A stretch of 64,000 bases of DNA from Patescibacteria group bacterium (GTDB taxonomy: Bacteria > Patescibacteriota > WWE3 > UBA101185 > UBA10185), in contig JBMORU010000001.1 in assembly GCA_049322215.1 (NCBI GenBank), positions 65,357 through 129,356 on the forward strand. Reading direction: 5' to 3'. This document shows positions 44,248 to 53,123 of the stretch, piece after piece (within the stretch, counting starts at the first letter, position 1; each line of letters starts with the position of its first letter). The notes under the pieces are model-generated. The model was given only the letters and a program-made list of their open reading frames with translations, had not been told where the DNA came from and did not search any database. The translations under genes and the position numbers were made by a program.

Positions 44248-45168
44248 TTAAAGAAGCGAAAGCTGACTATCAGGAGGAGTTTCTATTTTTTTATTAGGCA
44301 AGTCAAAACCCATACGTTTTATAAGAGATTTAAAATTGTACTTAAGTAGGGCATCTTTTACATTACCCTTGTTAAACTCCTGGTATAAACAGTCGCTTAA
44401 TTCAACATCTAAATCCAGGTCAGTAACAATCGTAGCTAACATTTTGCTTATAAACGCATCTTCTTTGTACACTTCAAGTTTCTCTTTAAGGGAATTAGGA
44501 TTAATTTTACTTAAGTTTTCATAAACTGCATCTAAAGAATCAAATTCGTCTAGTAATGCCTTTGCAGTTTTGTCACCAATGCCTTTAACTCCTGGTATGT
44601 TGTCACTAGGATCCCCTCGAAGCGCCTTATAATCAATCATTTTGTCAGGTTTAAATCCCATTCTTTTTTCTACTTCTTTAGCTCCAACCCACTCTACTTG
44701 CCCCCCATTTACAGGCATCATAACTAACACATTATCATTTATTAACTGCCACAAATCTCTATCATTAGAAACTATAATTACTTCTATATCATCTTTACCA
44801 AATCGTGTAGCTAATGTTCCTATAATATCGTCAGCTTCATAACCTGGAATAGTTAATTGCCTTAAGCCAAACGCACTTATAATGTCATAAACTTTTGGAA
44901 TTTGCATTTTTAGGTCTTCATCCATTGGTTTACGATGCGCTTTATAGTTTTCATAAGCTTCAACACGCTTTATTTTTTCTTTACTCTCATTAGCTACTAC
45001 CGCATAATCTGGATGTAAAGAATCAAAAACACTTAAAAGCATAGAAGTAACACCATATACTGCGTTTGTTGGATTGCCTTCTTTATCGGTTAAAGACTTT
45101 GGCAATGCATGATAAGCACGGTGCAAAAAGTTAAATGTGTCTATAAGTACTAAACGTTTTTTTTTCAT
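44248..45168 (-). CDS. Stand-alone 5'-3' exonuclease (PolA N-terminal/FEN domain)
   Basis: LHRAYHA, YKAHR, YEADDIIGT, GDPSDNIPGVKGIG; ends in QLSLL. Confidence 0.92.
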   Translation of the reverse strand: MKKKRLVLIDTFNFLHRAYHALPKSLTDKEGNPTNAVYGVTSMLLSVFDSLHPDYAVVANESKEKIKRVEAYENYKAHRKPMDEDLKMQIPKVYDIISAFGLRQLTIPGYEADDIIGTLATRFGKDDIEVIIVSNDRDLWQLINDNVLVMMPVNGGQVEWVGAKEVEKRMGFKPDKMIDYKALRGDPSDNIPGVKGIGDKTAKALLDEFDSLDAVYENLSKINPNSLKEKLEVYKEDAFISKMLATIVTDLDLDVELSDCLYQEFNKGNVKDALLKYNFKSLIKRMGFDLPNKKIETPPDSQLSLL

Positions 45169-45182
45169 AACGAGAATTTAAA

Positions 45183-47045
45183 TTATCCTTCAAGTAATTC
45201 TCTGTATTCGTCTTCTAAAATAGTTTCTTTTTCTAATAAGGCACCGGAAATTCTATCAAGAGTGTTTCGGTGTTTATTTAATATTTCCTTAGCTTTTTCA
45301 TAGGAATTCTCTATTATTTTGCTTACTTCTTTATCTATTTCTGCTGCAACCTGTTGGCTGTAGTGTAATGCTTCACCCATTTCTCTAGCTAACCACACTC
45401 TTTGGTTTTCTCCATCAAATGAAATAGGCCCTAAAGAACTCATACCAAATTCTCTAACCATTTTACGGGCAATTTCAGTTGCACGTTCAATGTCGTTTGC
45501 AGCACCAACAGTCATTTCATTAAATACTAATTCTTCTGCAGCACGCCCACCTAAAGCAGTGGAAATTAATGATAGTAAGCGGGTTTTTGTTTCGTTATAA
45601 CGATCTCTTTCGGGTGGAAAACTTGTATGCCCTAAAGAACCACCTCGTGCTACTATAGAAACTCTATGAACTGTGTCCATTTCAGGTAAATTAGATGCTA
45701 CAAGAGCATGCCCGGCCTCGTGATATGCAACCATTTTCTTTTCCGTATCAGATTGAAGTGTTTTACGCTCAGACCCCATGGTTACTTTAAGTGCAGCTTC
45801 TTCTAAATCTGCAGGAGAAATTGCGTCTTTTCTGTCACGTGCTGCTAATATTGCTGCTTCATTTAGCATGTTTTCAATGTCAGCACCACTAAAGCCTACT
45901 GTTCTTTTTGCTATTCTTTCAACATTTACTTCTGGTGTAAAAGGTTTACCACGCATATGAATTTGAATAATCCCTTTACGAGAATCAAGATCTGGCATTG
46001 GAATAGTTATGCGTCTATCAAAACGGCCTGCACGCACTAAAGCAGGATCAAGCATATCAGGTCGGTTTGTTGCCGCTAAAACTATTACATCAGTTCTTGG
46101 ATCAAAACCATCCATTTCTATTAATATTTGATTAAGTGTTTGCTCACGCTCATCATGACCACCACCAATACCCATACCACGTTGCCTTCCTATTGCGTCT
46201 ATTTCATCAATAAATATCAAACTAGGCTGATTTTCTTTAGCCATTCTAAACAAGTCACGGGCTCTTGCAGAACCAACACCTACAAGCATTTCCATAAATT
46301 CACTACCTGCTACAGAAAAAAACGGAACATTTGCTTCGCCGGCAATTGCTTTAGCCAACAAAGTTTTACCGACTCCAGCAGGACCTACCAGTAAAACACC
46401 CTTTGGAATACGAGCACCTAGCTTACGATAGCGCTGAGGATACTTTAAGAAATCAACTATTTCCTTTAATTCCGTTTTGGCCTCATCTACTCCGGCCACA
46501 TCGTTAAACGTAGTGGTAGGAGAATCTTTACTAAACATTTTTGCTCTTGATTTTCCAAATGACAAAATATCGCCACTTGCACCTCGCATTTGTCTAAAAA
46601 TGAAAAATATTAAAAGAATAGGAAGTCCAAAAGTTATTAAAGGGGTAATTACCTGTTCAAATGTAGGACTTTGATCAACTGTTAACTCACCCGCTATTTT
46701 ACTTCTGTCTATATCGTTATTGGCTAGTATTTCATCAAAACTAATTGTAGATTCTTTTTTAGAAGTAAAAGACTCACCATCTCTTAGTAAAACTTCAATT
46801 GTGTCTTGCGCTACCGTTATGTCTTGAACTTGATCTTCTTTAATTGAAGTAATCACATCACTAATAGGACGCTCGTCACTTAAAGTTTGCTGCTGTAAAA
46901 AATAGCCTAAAACTACATAGCCTATTAAAATTACAAAAATATAAAAGAAAATGTTATTAAAAATACTTGGATTTTTTGGAGCTTTTATAGGAGTTTTTAT
47001 TTTATTTTTTATGTTTTTTTGTTGATTTTCTTGGTTATTTTGCAT
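45183..47045 (-). CDS. ftsH: ATP-dependent zinc metalloprotease FtsH
   Basis: Two TMs, GPAGVGKT, FIDEIDA, TNRPD..D.AL.R.GRFDR, HEAGH. Confidence 0.97.
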   Translation of the reverse strand: MQNNQENQQKNIKNKIKTPIKAPKNPSIFNNIFFYIFVILIGYVVLGYFLQQQTLSDERPISDVITSIKEDQVQDITVAQDTIEVLLRDGESFTSKKESTISFDEILANNDIDRSKIAGELTVDQSPTFEQVITPLITFGLPILLIFFIFRQMRGASGDILSFGKSRAKMFSKDSPTTTFNDVAGVDEAKTELKEIVDFLKYPQRYRKLGARIPKGVLLVGPAGVGKTLLAKAIAGEANVPFFSVAGSEFMEMLVGVGSARARDLFRMAKENQPSLIFIDEIDAIGRQRGMGIGGGHDEREQTLNQILIEMDGFDPRTDVIVLAATNRPDMLDPALVRAGRFDRRITIPMPDLDSRKGIIQIHMRGKPFTPEVNVERIAKRTVGFSGADIENMLNEAAILAARDRKDAISPADLEEAALKVTMGSERKTLQSDTEKKMVAYHEAGHALVASNLPEMDTVHRVSIVARGGSLGHTSFPPERDRYNETKTRLLSLISTALGGRAAEELVFNEMTVGAANDIERATEIARKMVREFGMSSLGPISFDGENQRVWLAREMGEALHYSQQVAAEIDKEVSKIIENSYEKAKEILNKHRNTLDRISGALLEKETILEDEYRELLEG

Positions 47046-47066
47046 AGCGAACGAAGGGATTATACA

Positions 47067-48074
47067 TTAAAAGAGGGGTAGTTGCATCCCATCACGAACT
47101 TGATTTAAAACGCCTTGAACTTCTCTTCTAGTTCTTGCGGTTCCATCTTGCAGTATGTCTTTAACCTCATCTAAATTACTTTCGTAATGAAAATACCTCT
47201 CGCGTATTGGTTCAATAAATTCTTTTATTGCAAAAAACAACTTTTCCTTAACCTCAACATCACCTACGGTACCTTTTTCATAACGATCTTTTAAGTCAGC
47301 TACTTCCTCGATGTTGGAGTTAAATGCATCGTGATATATAAACACAGGATTTCCCTCTACGGTACCCTTGTCAGTAGCACGCAGTCTGTTTGGATCTGTA
47401 TACATACTCATTATTTTTTTCTTTAAAGAAGCATCTTCTTCATTTAAGTAAATAGTGTTGTCTAAAGATTTGCTCATTTTGGCATTTCCATCTAAACCAA
47501 CTAAACGGGCAATTCTACCAATTTTGGCTTCAGGTTCTTTAAAAACAGGTTTATATGTATGATTAAATCTTCTTGCTATTTCACGAGTTAATTCAATATG
47601 TGGCAATTGATCTTCTCCCACGGGAACTAAATCAGCGTTAACACCTAAAATATCCGCAGCCATTAAAACAGGAAAATTTAGAAATCCCAATGAAAAATTA
47701 TCACCTAGTTGTTTTTCACGAATTTCGTCTTTTATAGTGGGGTTACGCAACGCTCTGTTATGAGAAACCAACATAGTAAAAATTAAAGCGAGTTCAAATA
47801 CCTCAGGAATTAATGATTCTACGTACATCGTAACTTTTTTTGGATCCAACCCTACTGCCAAATTACCAATAGCTACCTCTAAAATTGATTGAGAAACTAC
47901 TTTAGGGTTTTCTACGTATTTTGGGTAAGCATAAGCATGCATGTCGGCAAGAATTATGAAAGTTTCATATTCGTCCTGAAGCTTAACACGATTTTCTAGC
48001 GATCCAACATAGTGCCCTATATGAAGCTTTCCAGTTGTGTTATCTCCGGTAAGGATTCGTTTTTTTGCTGACAT
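47067..48074 (-). CDS. trpS: Tryptophan--tRNA ligase
   Basis: TGKLHIGH, VPVGEDQ, KMSKS; leaderless ATG 48074. Confidence 0.96.
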   Translation of the reverse strand: MSAKKRILTGDNTTGKLHIGHYVGSLENRVKLQDEYETFIILADMHAYAYPKYVENPKVVSQSILEVAIGNLAVGLDPKKVTMYVESLIPEVFELALIFTMLVSHNRALRNPTIKDEIREKQLGDNFSLGFLNFPVLMAADILGVNADLVPVGEDQLPHIELTREIARRFNHTYKPVFKEPEAKIGRIARLVGLDGNAKMSKSLDNTIYLNEEDASLKKKIMSMYTDPNRLRATDKGTVEGNPVFIYHDAFNSNIEEVADLKDRYEKGTVGDVEVKEKLFFAIKEFIEPIRERYFHYESNLDEVKDILQDGTARTRREVQGVLNQVRDGMQLPLF

Positions 48075-48169
48075 TAAAATGATTTTAACATTAAATAAGA
48101 TCTTTGGTGCAGCTTGGTGCACCTAAACAGGTACCCCAATCTGTAAGCTTTGCATGCAAAGCAACAGCT

Positions 48170-48246
48170 TGGTGCCAACGGGTGGAATCGAACCACCGAC
48201 CTGACGCGTATGAAACGTCCGCTCTAACCGACTGAGCTACGTTGGC
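48170..48246 (-). tRNA. tRNA-Met(CAT), elongator type (Ile2 not fully excluded)
   Basis: Cloverleaf, gacgt-ttCATac-gcgtc arm, G1:C72 pair, CCA. Confidence 0.88.
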
Positions 48247-48318
48247 AAATAAAGCATAACGATTATAGCAAATAATTAACGGCAAAATTTTATAAAAATT
48301 AAATGCCCTTAACAAGTG

Positions 48319-49569
48319 TTAAAACTTAGGAAAATTATCACGCAAACTATTTAGCAAAAAGGTATTAAACTCGGCACTAGCTAAAATTAAAACTTTTGAT
48401 AACGCTGGTAACCTTTTTTTGTCGAAGGCATCTAAAAGTAACAAATAGGCAAAAGGCAAAAAATCTAAAGTGTATCGAGGGCCAAGTTGAACCCAACCCG
48501 GCCAATAATAAGTAAGTAAAAAAGCTAAAACAAACAAAACAGATAATAAGGACTTAAGATTTTCCTTTTTTTTATAGTTAACTTTAAGCAAATATAAAAA
48601 TATAGGCGATACTACAAAAAAACTTGTTCCAGGATAATTAACTTTGAAGTACGGATATTTCAAAATGAAGGTATTACCAAATAAAGTTTCTTTCTCTAAT
48701 AAAATTGGATCTATGCTTTTCAAAAAATAATAGTAAAAATTTGTTGGAATATTGCGTAGTTGAAATAAACCATAGTTAATTTGCTCAAAACGGGCATCAT
48801 CATTCATAGTCACTTCATTACTGGTGTAGTAGCCATTGTCAAATGGGTTTTGAAATCTCGCGTAGTTGTAGCTTAAAAGCAACAATCCAGATAAAACTAC
48901 AGGTAGAATTAACATGACTATATCCTTGAATTTTTTGTCAAAAGAGTATTTGCTTAAAAAAATCGAAAGAACAAAGAAAATTACTGTAAAACCAGCAGTA
49001 AATCTAGACATAAATATAAACCCGTAAAATAAACCAATTAACCAATATCTCTTTTTACTTTTATATTCATAAATTGCTAAAAATTGAAATAAAACGGCAA
49101 TCGCTTGCACAAAATTCCAGCTCCATGGAATATAAGCCACAACAACATAAACGCTAGAGAAAATAAAAGCAAAAGCCAAATATATTGAATCATATAATTT
49201 GTAACCAAACTTCATAGCTAAAGATAAGCAAAGCAAAAAAATACCAAAAGTCAAAAATACCTGTAGATAACCTTGCAGAAATAAGGAATCAGCAAAAGCA
49301 TCCCAAAGGCCAACAAAGGGCATTAAAAGCAATGCAGGAAAAGGAGCTAAATGCCAAAACAGTTTACCGTCAAAAAAAACAATATCTTGTAGCCCACCTG
49401 GAATTTCTAAAAAACTTAATGATCCGGCCAAAAAGGCACGGGCTAAATAAGAGTACTGATTATTTTCTACATAGGTAAAATTAGTAATAATCACTTGAAC
49501 AAATTTACCTAATGAAAGTATCAAAATTAATACACCCCAAACACTGGTGGGTAGTTTTATCTTGTACAT
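48319..49569 (-). CDS. Polytopic membrane protein, GT-C glycosyltransferase-like
   Basis: About 10 TMs; YNYARFQNPFDNGY and GPRYTLDFLP motifs. Confidence 0.55.
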   Translation of the reverse strand: MYKIKLPTSVWGVLILILSLGKFVQVIITNFTYVENNQYSYLARAFLAGSLSFLEIPGGLQDIVFFDGKLFWHLAPFPALLLMPFVGLWDAFADSLFLQGYLQVFLTFGIFLLCLSLAMKFGYKLYDSIYLAFAFIFSSVYVVVAYIPWSWNFVQAIAVLFQFLAIYEYKSKKRYWLIGLFYGFIFMSRFTAGFTVIFFVLSIFLSKYSFDKKFKDIVMLILPVVLSGLLLLSYNYARFQNPFDNGYYTSNEVTMNDDARFEQINYGLFQLRNIPTNFYYYFLKSIDPILLEKETLFGNTFILKYPYFKVNYPGTSFFVVSPIFLYLLKVNYKKKENLKSLLSVLFVLAFLLTYYWPGWVQLGPRYTLDFLPFAYLLLLDAFDKKRLPALSKVLILASAEFNTFLLNSLRDNFPKF

Positions 49570-49613
49570 AAATACTATATTAACCTAATATAATTGGATT
49601 TAAAAAACTTCTT

Positions 49614-49687
49614 TGGTTGCGGGGCCCGGATTTGCACCGGGACCTTCAGATTATGAGCCTGACGAGGTACTATTCCTCCACCCCGCG
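49614..49687 (-). tRNA. Initiator tRNA-fMet(CAT), unconventional
   Basis: C1xA72 mismatch, CAT anticodon, anticodon stem tcagg/tctga, T-loop TGCAAAT. Confidence 0.88.
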
Positions 49688-49734
49688 TCGTTAAGTAAAG
49701 AATGCATATTACAATGCGTGGGTAGTGTACCAAA

Positions 49735-50115
49735 TCAGAATAGCAGATTCAACCATAACTCAATATTCGAACTCATTTCTCTTGCTTCTGAAGACTTCTC
49801 AGATGACTCTAACTCTGAAATAGCACGGACATCGCTACCTGATAAAACAGTAGGTCGTATAAAAACTTTATCTCCAGGTTTTATCATATTTAAACGATCC
49901 CTGGCTTGTTCCTCTAAATATGAACTGGTTTCTCTATAGGACAACTCATCTTCTAGTGTGTTTTTTTCTTCTTCTAATACAGAAACTTCACTACGCAATT
50001 CCTCTAATCTTTTACTGCTATGCATTATTTCTAGAGTTGTGCGCGTAAAGTTTACTCCTGCCAAAATAAACAATAGGGACATTACTATATACTTGACATG
50101 AGATGGTATGGACAT
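49735..50115 (-). CDS. Septum formation initiator (FtsB/DivIC family)
   Basis: TM + coiled coil + YLEEQARDRLNMIKPGD. Confidence 0.85.
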   Translation of the reverse strand: MSIPSHVKYIVMSLLFILAGVNFTRTTLEIMHSSKRLEELRSEVSVLEEEKNTLEDELSYRETSSYLEEQARDRLNMIKPGDKVFIRPTVLSGSDVRAISELESSEKSSEAREMSSNIELWLNLLF

Positions 50116-50168
50116 TATCTTGATTATATAGTAAAAATATTCTTTGTTAAATTAATCACCTGCGCAGC

Positions 50169-50260
50169 TTGACAGTGGTTACTGCTAGTGATAGTATATG
50201 TCCCATAGAAAAATTCACCAAGTTACGTATTTATTTAAGTAATTAAGTCTATAGAAGGAG
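50169..50260 (+). promoter_or_regulatory. Promoter and SD of the tyrosine recombinase, with a CCCATAG motif variant
   Basis: TTGACA(50169)-17 bp-TAGTAT(50192); CCCATAG at 50202-50208; TCTATAG then AAGGAG at 50255-50260. Confidence 0.65.
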
Positions 50261-50268
50261 TTTAGTTT

Positions 50269-51132
50269 ATGATTAAGTTAGAAAAAGCCCACAAGAGCTT
50301 TGTAGACCACTTACAAGATCTCAAAAGATCAGAGTCTACAATAATAGCTTATAGTAAAGACGTGGAGCAATTAATTGAACACCTCCTGGAAAAAGGTGTG
50401 AATCTTGTTCACGAAATAGAAACACATCACTTAGAAGACTTTATGGGTAAATTAGCCAACGAAAGCTATACGCCTAAGTCAATTTCCAGAAAAACCAACT
50501 CTACTAAAACCTTTTTTAGGTTTTTAATAGCAGAAGGTTATATTGAGGTAAATGCTGCAGACCAACTAAAACATCCTAAGGTTGAAGTGAAAGCACCAAG
50601 AATTCTATCTAGACTAGAATACGGAGCTTTACGCGATGTAGCTAAGGAAGATAATAGAACGTTTGCAATAATCGAAGTCTTGCTTCAAACAGGAATTAGA
50701 ATTTCGGAACTTGCCCAAATTAAACTAGAAGATGTGGACCTTAAAAACGGAACATTAACTATACCTGAAAGGGGTAACAACATGAGTAGAAGAATACCTC
50801 TTAATAAGGCTGTAGTTTCGGCTATCTCTTCTTACTTAGAAGAAAGACCAGAGATTGAAAGTGAATACTTATTCATAACAAAAACTGGACGTCCCCTTTT
50901 AGTAAGAAACATCAGAGCTACAATCGACAGGTACTTTAAAACTGCCGGTATTTCTGATGCTAAGGTAAATGACCTAAGACACACTTTTGTAGCCTTTCAC
51001 TTGGCTCAAGGTACAAATCTTTTGACAGTATCTAAAATTGCTGGTCACAAAAGAATTTCTACAACAGAAAGATACCTTGAATATATTGAAAAGGTTACAG
51101 AAGAAGAAAAAACGGAATTAGGAGTTCTTTAA
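50269..51132 (+). CDS. XerC/XerD-like tyrosine recombinase
   Basis: N-terminal SAM-like domain; TGIRISE, NDLRH (His to Asn), GH, TTERY. Confidence 0.88.
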   Translation: MIKLEKAHKSFVDHLQDLKRSESTIIAYSKDVEQLIEHLLEKGVNLVHEIETHHLEDFMGKLANESYTPKSISRKTNSTKTFFRFLIAEGYIEVNAADQLKHPKVEVKAPRILSRLEYGALRDVAKEDNRTFAIIEVLLQTGIRISELAQIKLEDVDLKNGTLTIPERGNNMSRRIPLNKAVVSAISSYLEERPEIESEYLFITKTGRPLLVRNIRATIDRYFKTAGISDAKVNDLRHTFVAFHLAQGTNLLTVSKIAGHKRISTTERYLEYIEKVTEEEKTELGVL

Positions 51133-51177
51133 AGAATTTTTAATTTAGATTTTTAGTTTAATTAAGCTTGAAATGTC

Positions 51178-51203
51178 AAAAAGCCCCTACTAGGGGCTTT
51201 TTT
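51178..51203. terminator. Conventional bidirectional intrinsic terminator
   Basis: AAAAAGCCCCTA-C-TAGGGGCTTTTTT. Confidence 0.85.
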
Positions 51204-51208
51204 GGTGC

Positions 51209-51256
51209 AAAAAAAAGCTGATTTTGTATAAAGTTTAAACTTATACAAAACCAGCC
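51209..51256 (-). terminator. Long hairpin terminator of orphan 51269-51643
   Basis: GGCTGGTTTTGTATAA...TTATACAAAATCAGCT plus a T-run. Confidence 0.75.
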
Positions 51257-51268
51257 GAATGTAATAGA

Positions 51269-51643
51269 TTACCGCACAGGCATAGCATGATGTAAAAAGC
51301 GCACCCCCGTGCGATCACTGTAGAGTAGCTTTTTCAATTCAGCAATTGCATGGGCATCTGATAGAGTTGCATCGCGATCACCCACAAAAATACCAATATC
51401 ATCTTCAGTGATGCCAAAAAAGAAAATAACCTTTTCGGCATTTTGGGACACTTGATGAACATGGGAAAATTTGGTGCGATACATTCTATCAGGATTTTTT
51501 TCTTCGGCCATTTGAAACATTAGGTTTAATACCAAAAACAAACCAGCTATAAACCTAAATGGTGCTTTAACTGTAGCGTAATAAAAACGGAGTTGCCTTG
51601 TAGCTACATCCTCAACATACGCGGTCATCGCAAAATTGGGCAT
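51269..51643 (-). CDS. Hypothetical orphan protein (self-contained unit)
   Basis: 124 aa; SD at 51650-51655; TATAAT at 51682-51692; CCCTATAGC at 51707-51715. Confidence 0.7.
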   Translation of the reverse strand: MPNFAMTAYVEDVATRQLRFYYATVKAPFRFIAGLFLVLNLMFQMAEEKNPDRMYRTKFSHVHQVSQNAEKVIFFFGITEDDIGIFVGDRDATLSDAHAIAELKKLLYSDRTGVRFLHHAMPVR

Positions 51644-51739
51644 TTCTTTCTCCTTTTATCTAACAGGGATTTGATAGCGCTATTATATTATAAGTTTTAG
51701 GTAAAGGCTATAGGGCACTGATGATAAAATAAAGTAAGC

Positions 51740-51815
51740 TGGTGGGTGATCCTGGGCTCGAACCAGGGACCGCTCGTGTATAAGACGAGTGCTCTACCAA
51801 CTGAGCTAATCACCC
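51740..51815 (-). tRNA. tRNA with anticodon TAT (putative tRNA-Ile(UAU)) on a Val-like body
   Basis: GGGTGATTAGCTCAG..., anticodon arm ctcgt-ctTATac-acgag, CCA encoded. Confidence 0.85.
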
Positions 51816-51872
51816 TAATATTAAAACAAAGGGCAAAAGGATTTTATCACAATACTAGTATTTAGCTAAAGA

Positions 51873-52271
51873 TTATAACTCTTCTGTTTCTACTTCCTCT
51901 ACTTCTACTTCTACTTCACCATCCTCATCTATTGGATACCTTTTCATTTCGCGGGCTTCTTCCCAACCCTCGCTGTCACGCTTCGATTTTTCTTTAACAT
52001 ACTGACGCTCTACCTCCTCTACGGCACTTATTAAAGCAGTTTCTAAACTGTAGCCAGTGGAATCCCCAATAAACTGCATCTTGCCTAAATTCATTTCTAT
52101 TTTTGCATTAAAACTATCTTCTTCCTCCCCTTTATTCATTACTACTCTAAATGATACAAGTTCCTTATTCGTGTCAGCAAAGTGGCTTTTTAATTTTTCC
52201 AATTTACTATGTGCTAATTCTTGCATACTGGGGGAAATATCTATATTGTCAGAAGTTATTTGTACGTTCAT
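51873..52271 (-). CDS. raiA: Ribosome hibernation factor (HPF/RaiA family)
   Basis: MNVQITSDNIDISPSM..KLEKL, AL..AVEEVERQ; acidic tail. Confidence 0.75.
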   Translation of the reverse strand: MNVQITSDNIDISPSMQELAHSKLEKLKSHFADTNKELVSFRVVMNKGEEEDSFNAKIEMNLGKMQFIGDSTGYSLETALISAVEEVERQYVKEKSKRDSEGWEEAREMKRYPIDEDGEVEVEVEEVETEEL

Positions 52272-52294
52272 AACCACCTTTCCAAAATATATAA

Positions 52295-52531
52295 CTACAA
52301 GGAGAGTTCTTCTCCATTTTCATCAAAAAGATGAATTGCCTGTGTAGGGCATGATTGCGCTGCCATAAAAAGCTGGTTATCGTCAAGTTCTGTTGCTCCG
52401 GGTTTTACTACAGCAATATTTTCTTCATTTAATTCAAAGGCTTTTGGAGAAATTACTACACACGTACCTGCGCCAATACATGCATCTTTATCGACTTTTA
52501 TAGAGTAAACTTTCTTTCTATTATTCTTCAT
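52295..52531 (-). CDS. Single-cluster ferredoxin (probably 3Fe-4S)
   Basis: CIGAGTC...CPTQAI. Confidence 0.85.
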   Translation of the reverse strand: MKNNRKKVYSIKVDKDACIGAGTCVVISPKAFELNEENIAVVKPGATELDDNQLFMAAQSCPTQAIHLFDENGEELSL

Positions 52532-52754
52532 ACTGAATTGCTTCATTAATGCGATCAATCATTTCTTCTAGTTCTTCTTCGTCCATGCCATGTATTTCAG
52601 CACCTCCGCCTATTGTATCAAACGCATTTGCAAAACAACCGGCACAATGAAGACCATAATCTAACATAACCTCTTCAACTTGAGGGTACATAAACACAAT
52701 ATTAGCTATATTTGTATTTCTATCAACTTTAATTTGTTTTTTATTTTTGTTCAT
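52521..52754 (-). CDS. DUF1858-domain protein
   Basis: YP.V..V...GLHCAGC....DTI..GA..HG. Confidence 0.8.
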   Translation of the reverse strand: MNKNKKQIKVDRNTNIANIVFMYPQVEEVMLDYGLHCAGCFANAFDTIGGGAEIHGMDEEELEEMIDRINEAIQYEE

Positions 52755-53121
52755 AAATTTTTATTGAATTTTTTAAAGCTTCTAAAGGTAACATAGCACA
52801 CTTTATTCTGCTAGTGGTTAACTCAATGCCTATTAAATCAAGTAGATCCTGCTTTGAAAACCCCTTGGCTATGTTTATATCAAATTTTTCGTGCAAAACT
52901 TTATCAGTCAAAATAGAGGCAGCAGCAATACAAACACCGCAAGCCTCCCCATCATAGCCAATTTCAGCAACTTTTCCCTCAGCTACTTTTATCTGCATTT
53001 TTATTATATCGCCACACATTGGGTTTTTCTCAATTACCTCTGCATCCGGACTACTTAGTAGCCCCTTATTTAAAGGGTTTTTTATATGTTCTAACAATTC
53101 CTCCCTATACAATGACTCCAT
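52741..53121 (-). CDS. sufU: Fe-S scaffold SufU/NifU-like protein
   Basis: NPMCGD, ACGVC.AAAS, RIKCA. Confidence 0.85.
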   Translation of the reverse strand: MESLYREELLEHIKNPLNKGLLSSPDAEVIEKNPMCGDIIKMQIKVAEGKVAEIGYDGEACGVCIAAASILTDKVLHEKFDINIAKGFSKQDLLDLIGIELTTSRIKCAMLPLEALKNSIKIYEQK

Positions 53122-53123
53122 AA

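Noticed and set aside
46170-46230. ATA reassigned to Val by the UAU tRNA
   Set aside because: ATA encodes the conserved Ile in FtsH DEID, consistent with Ile. This is one spot check, not a genome-wide test.
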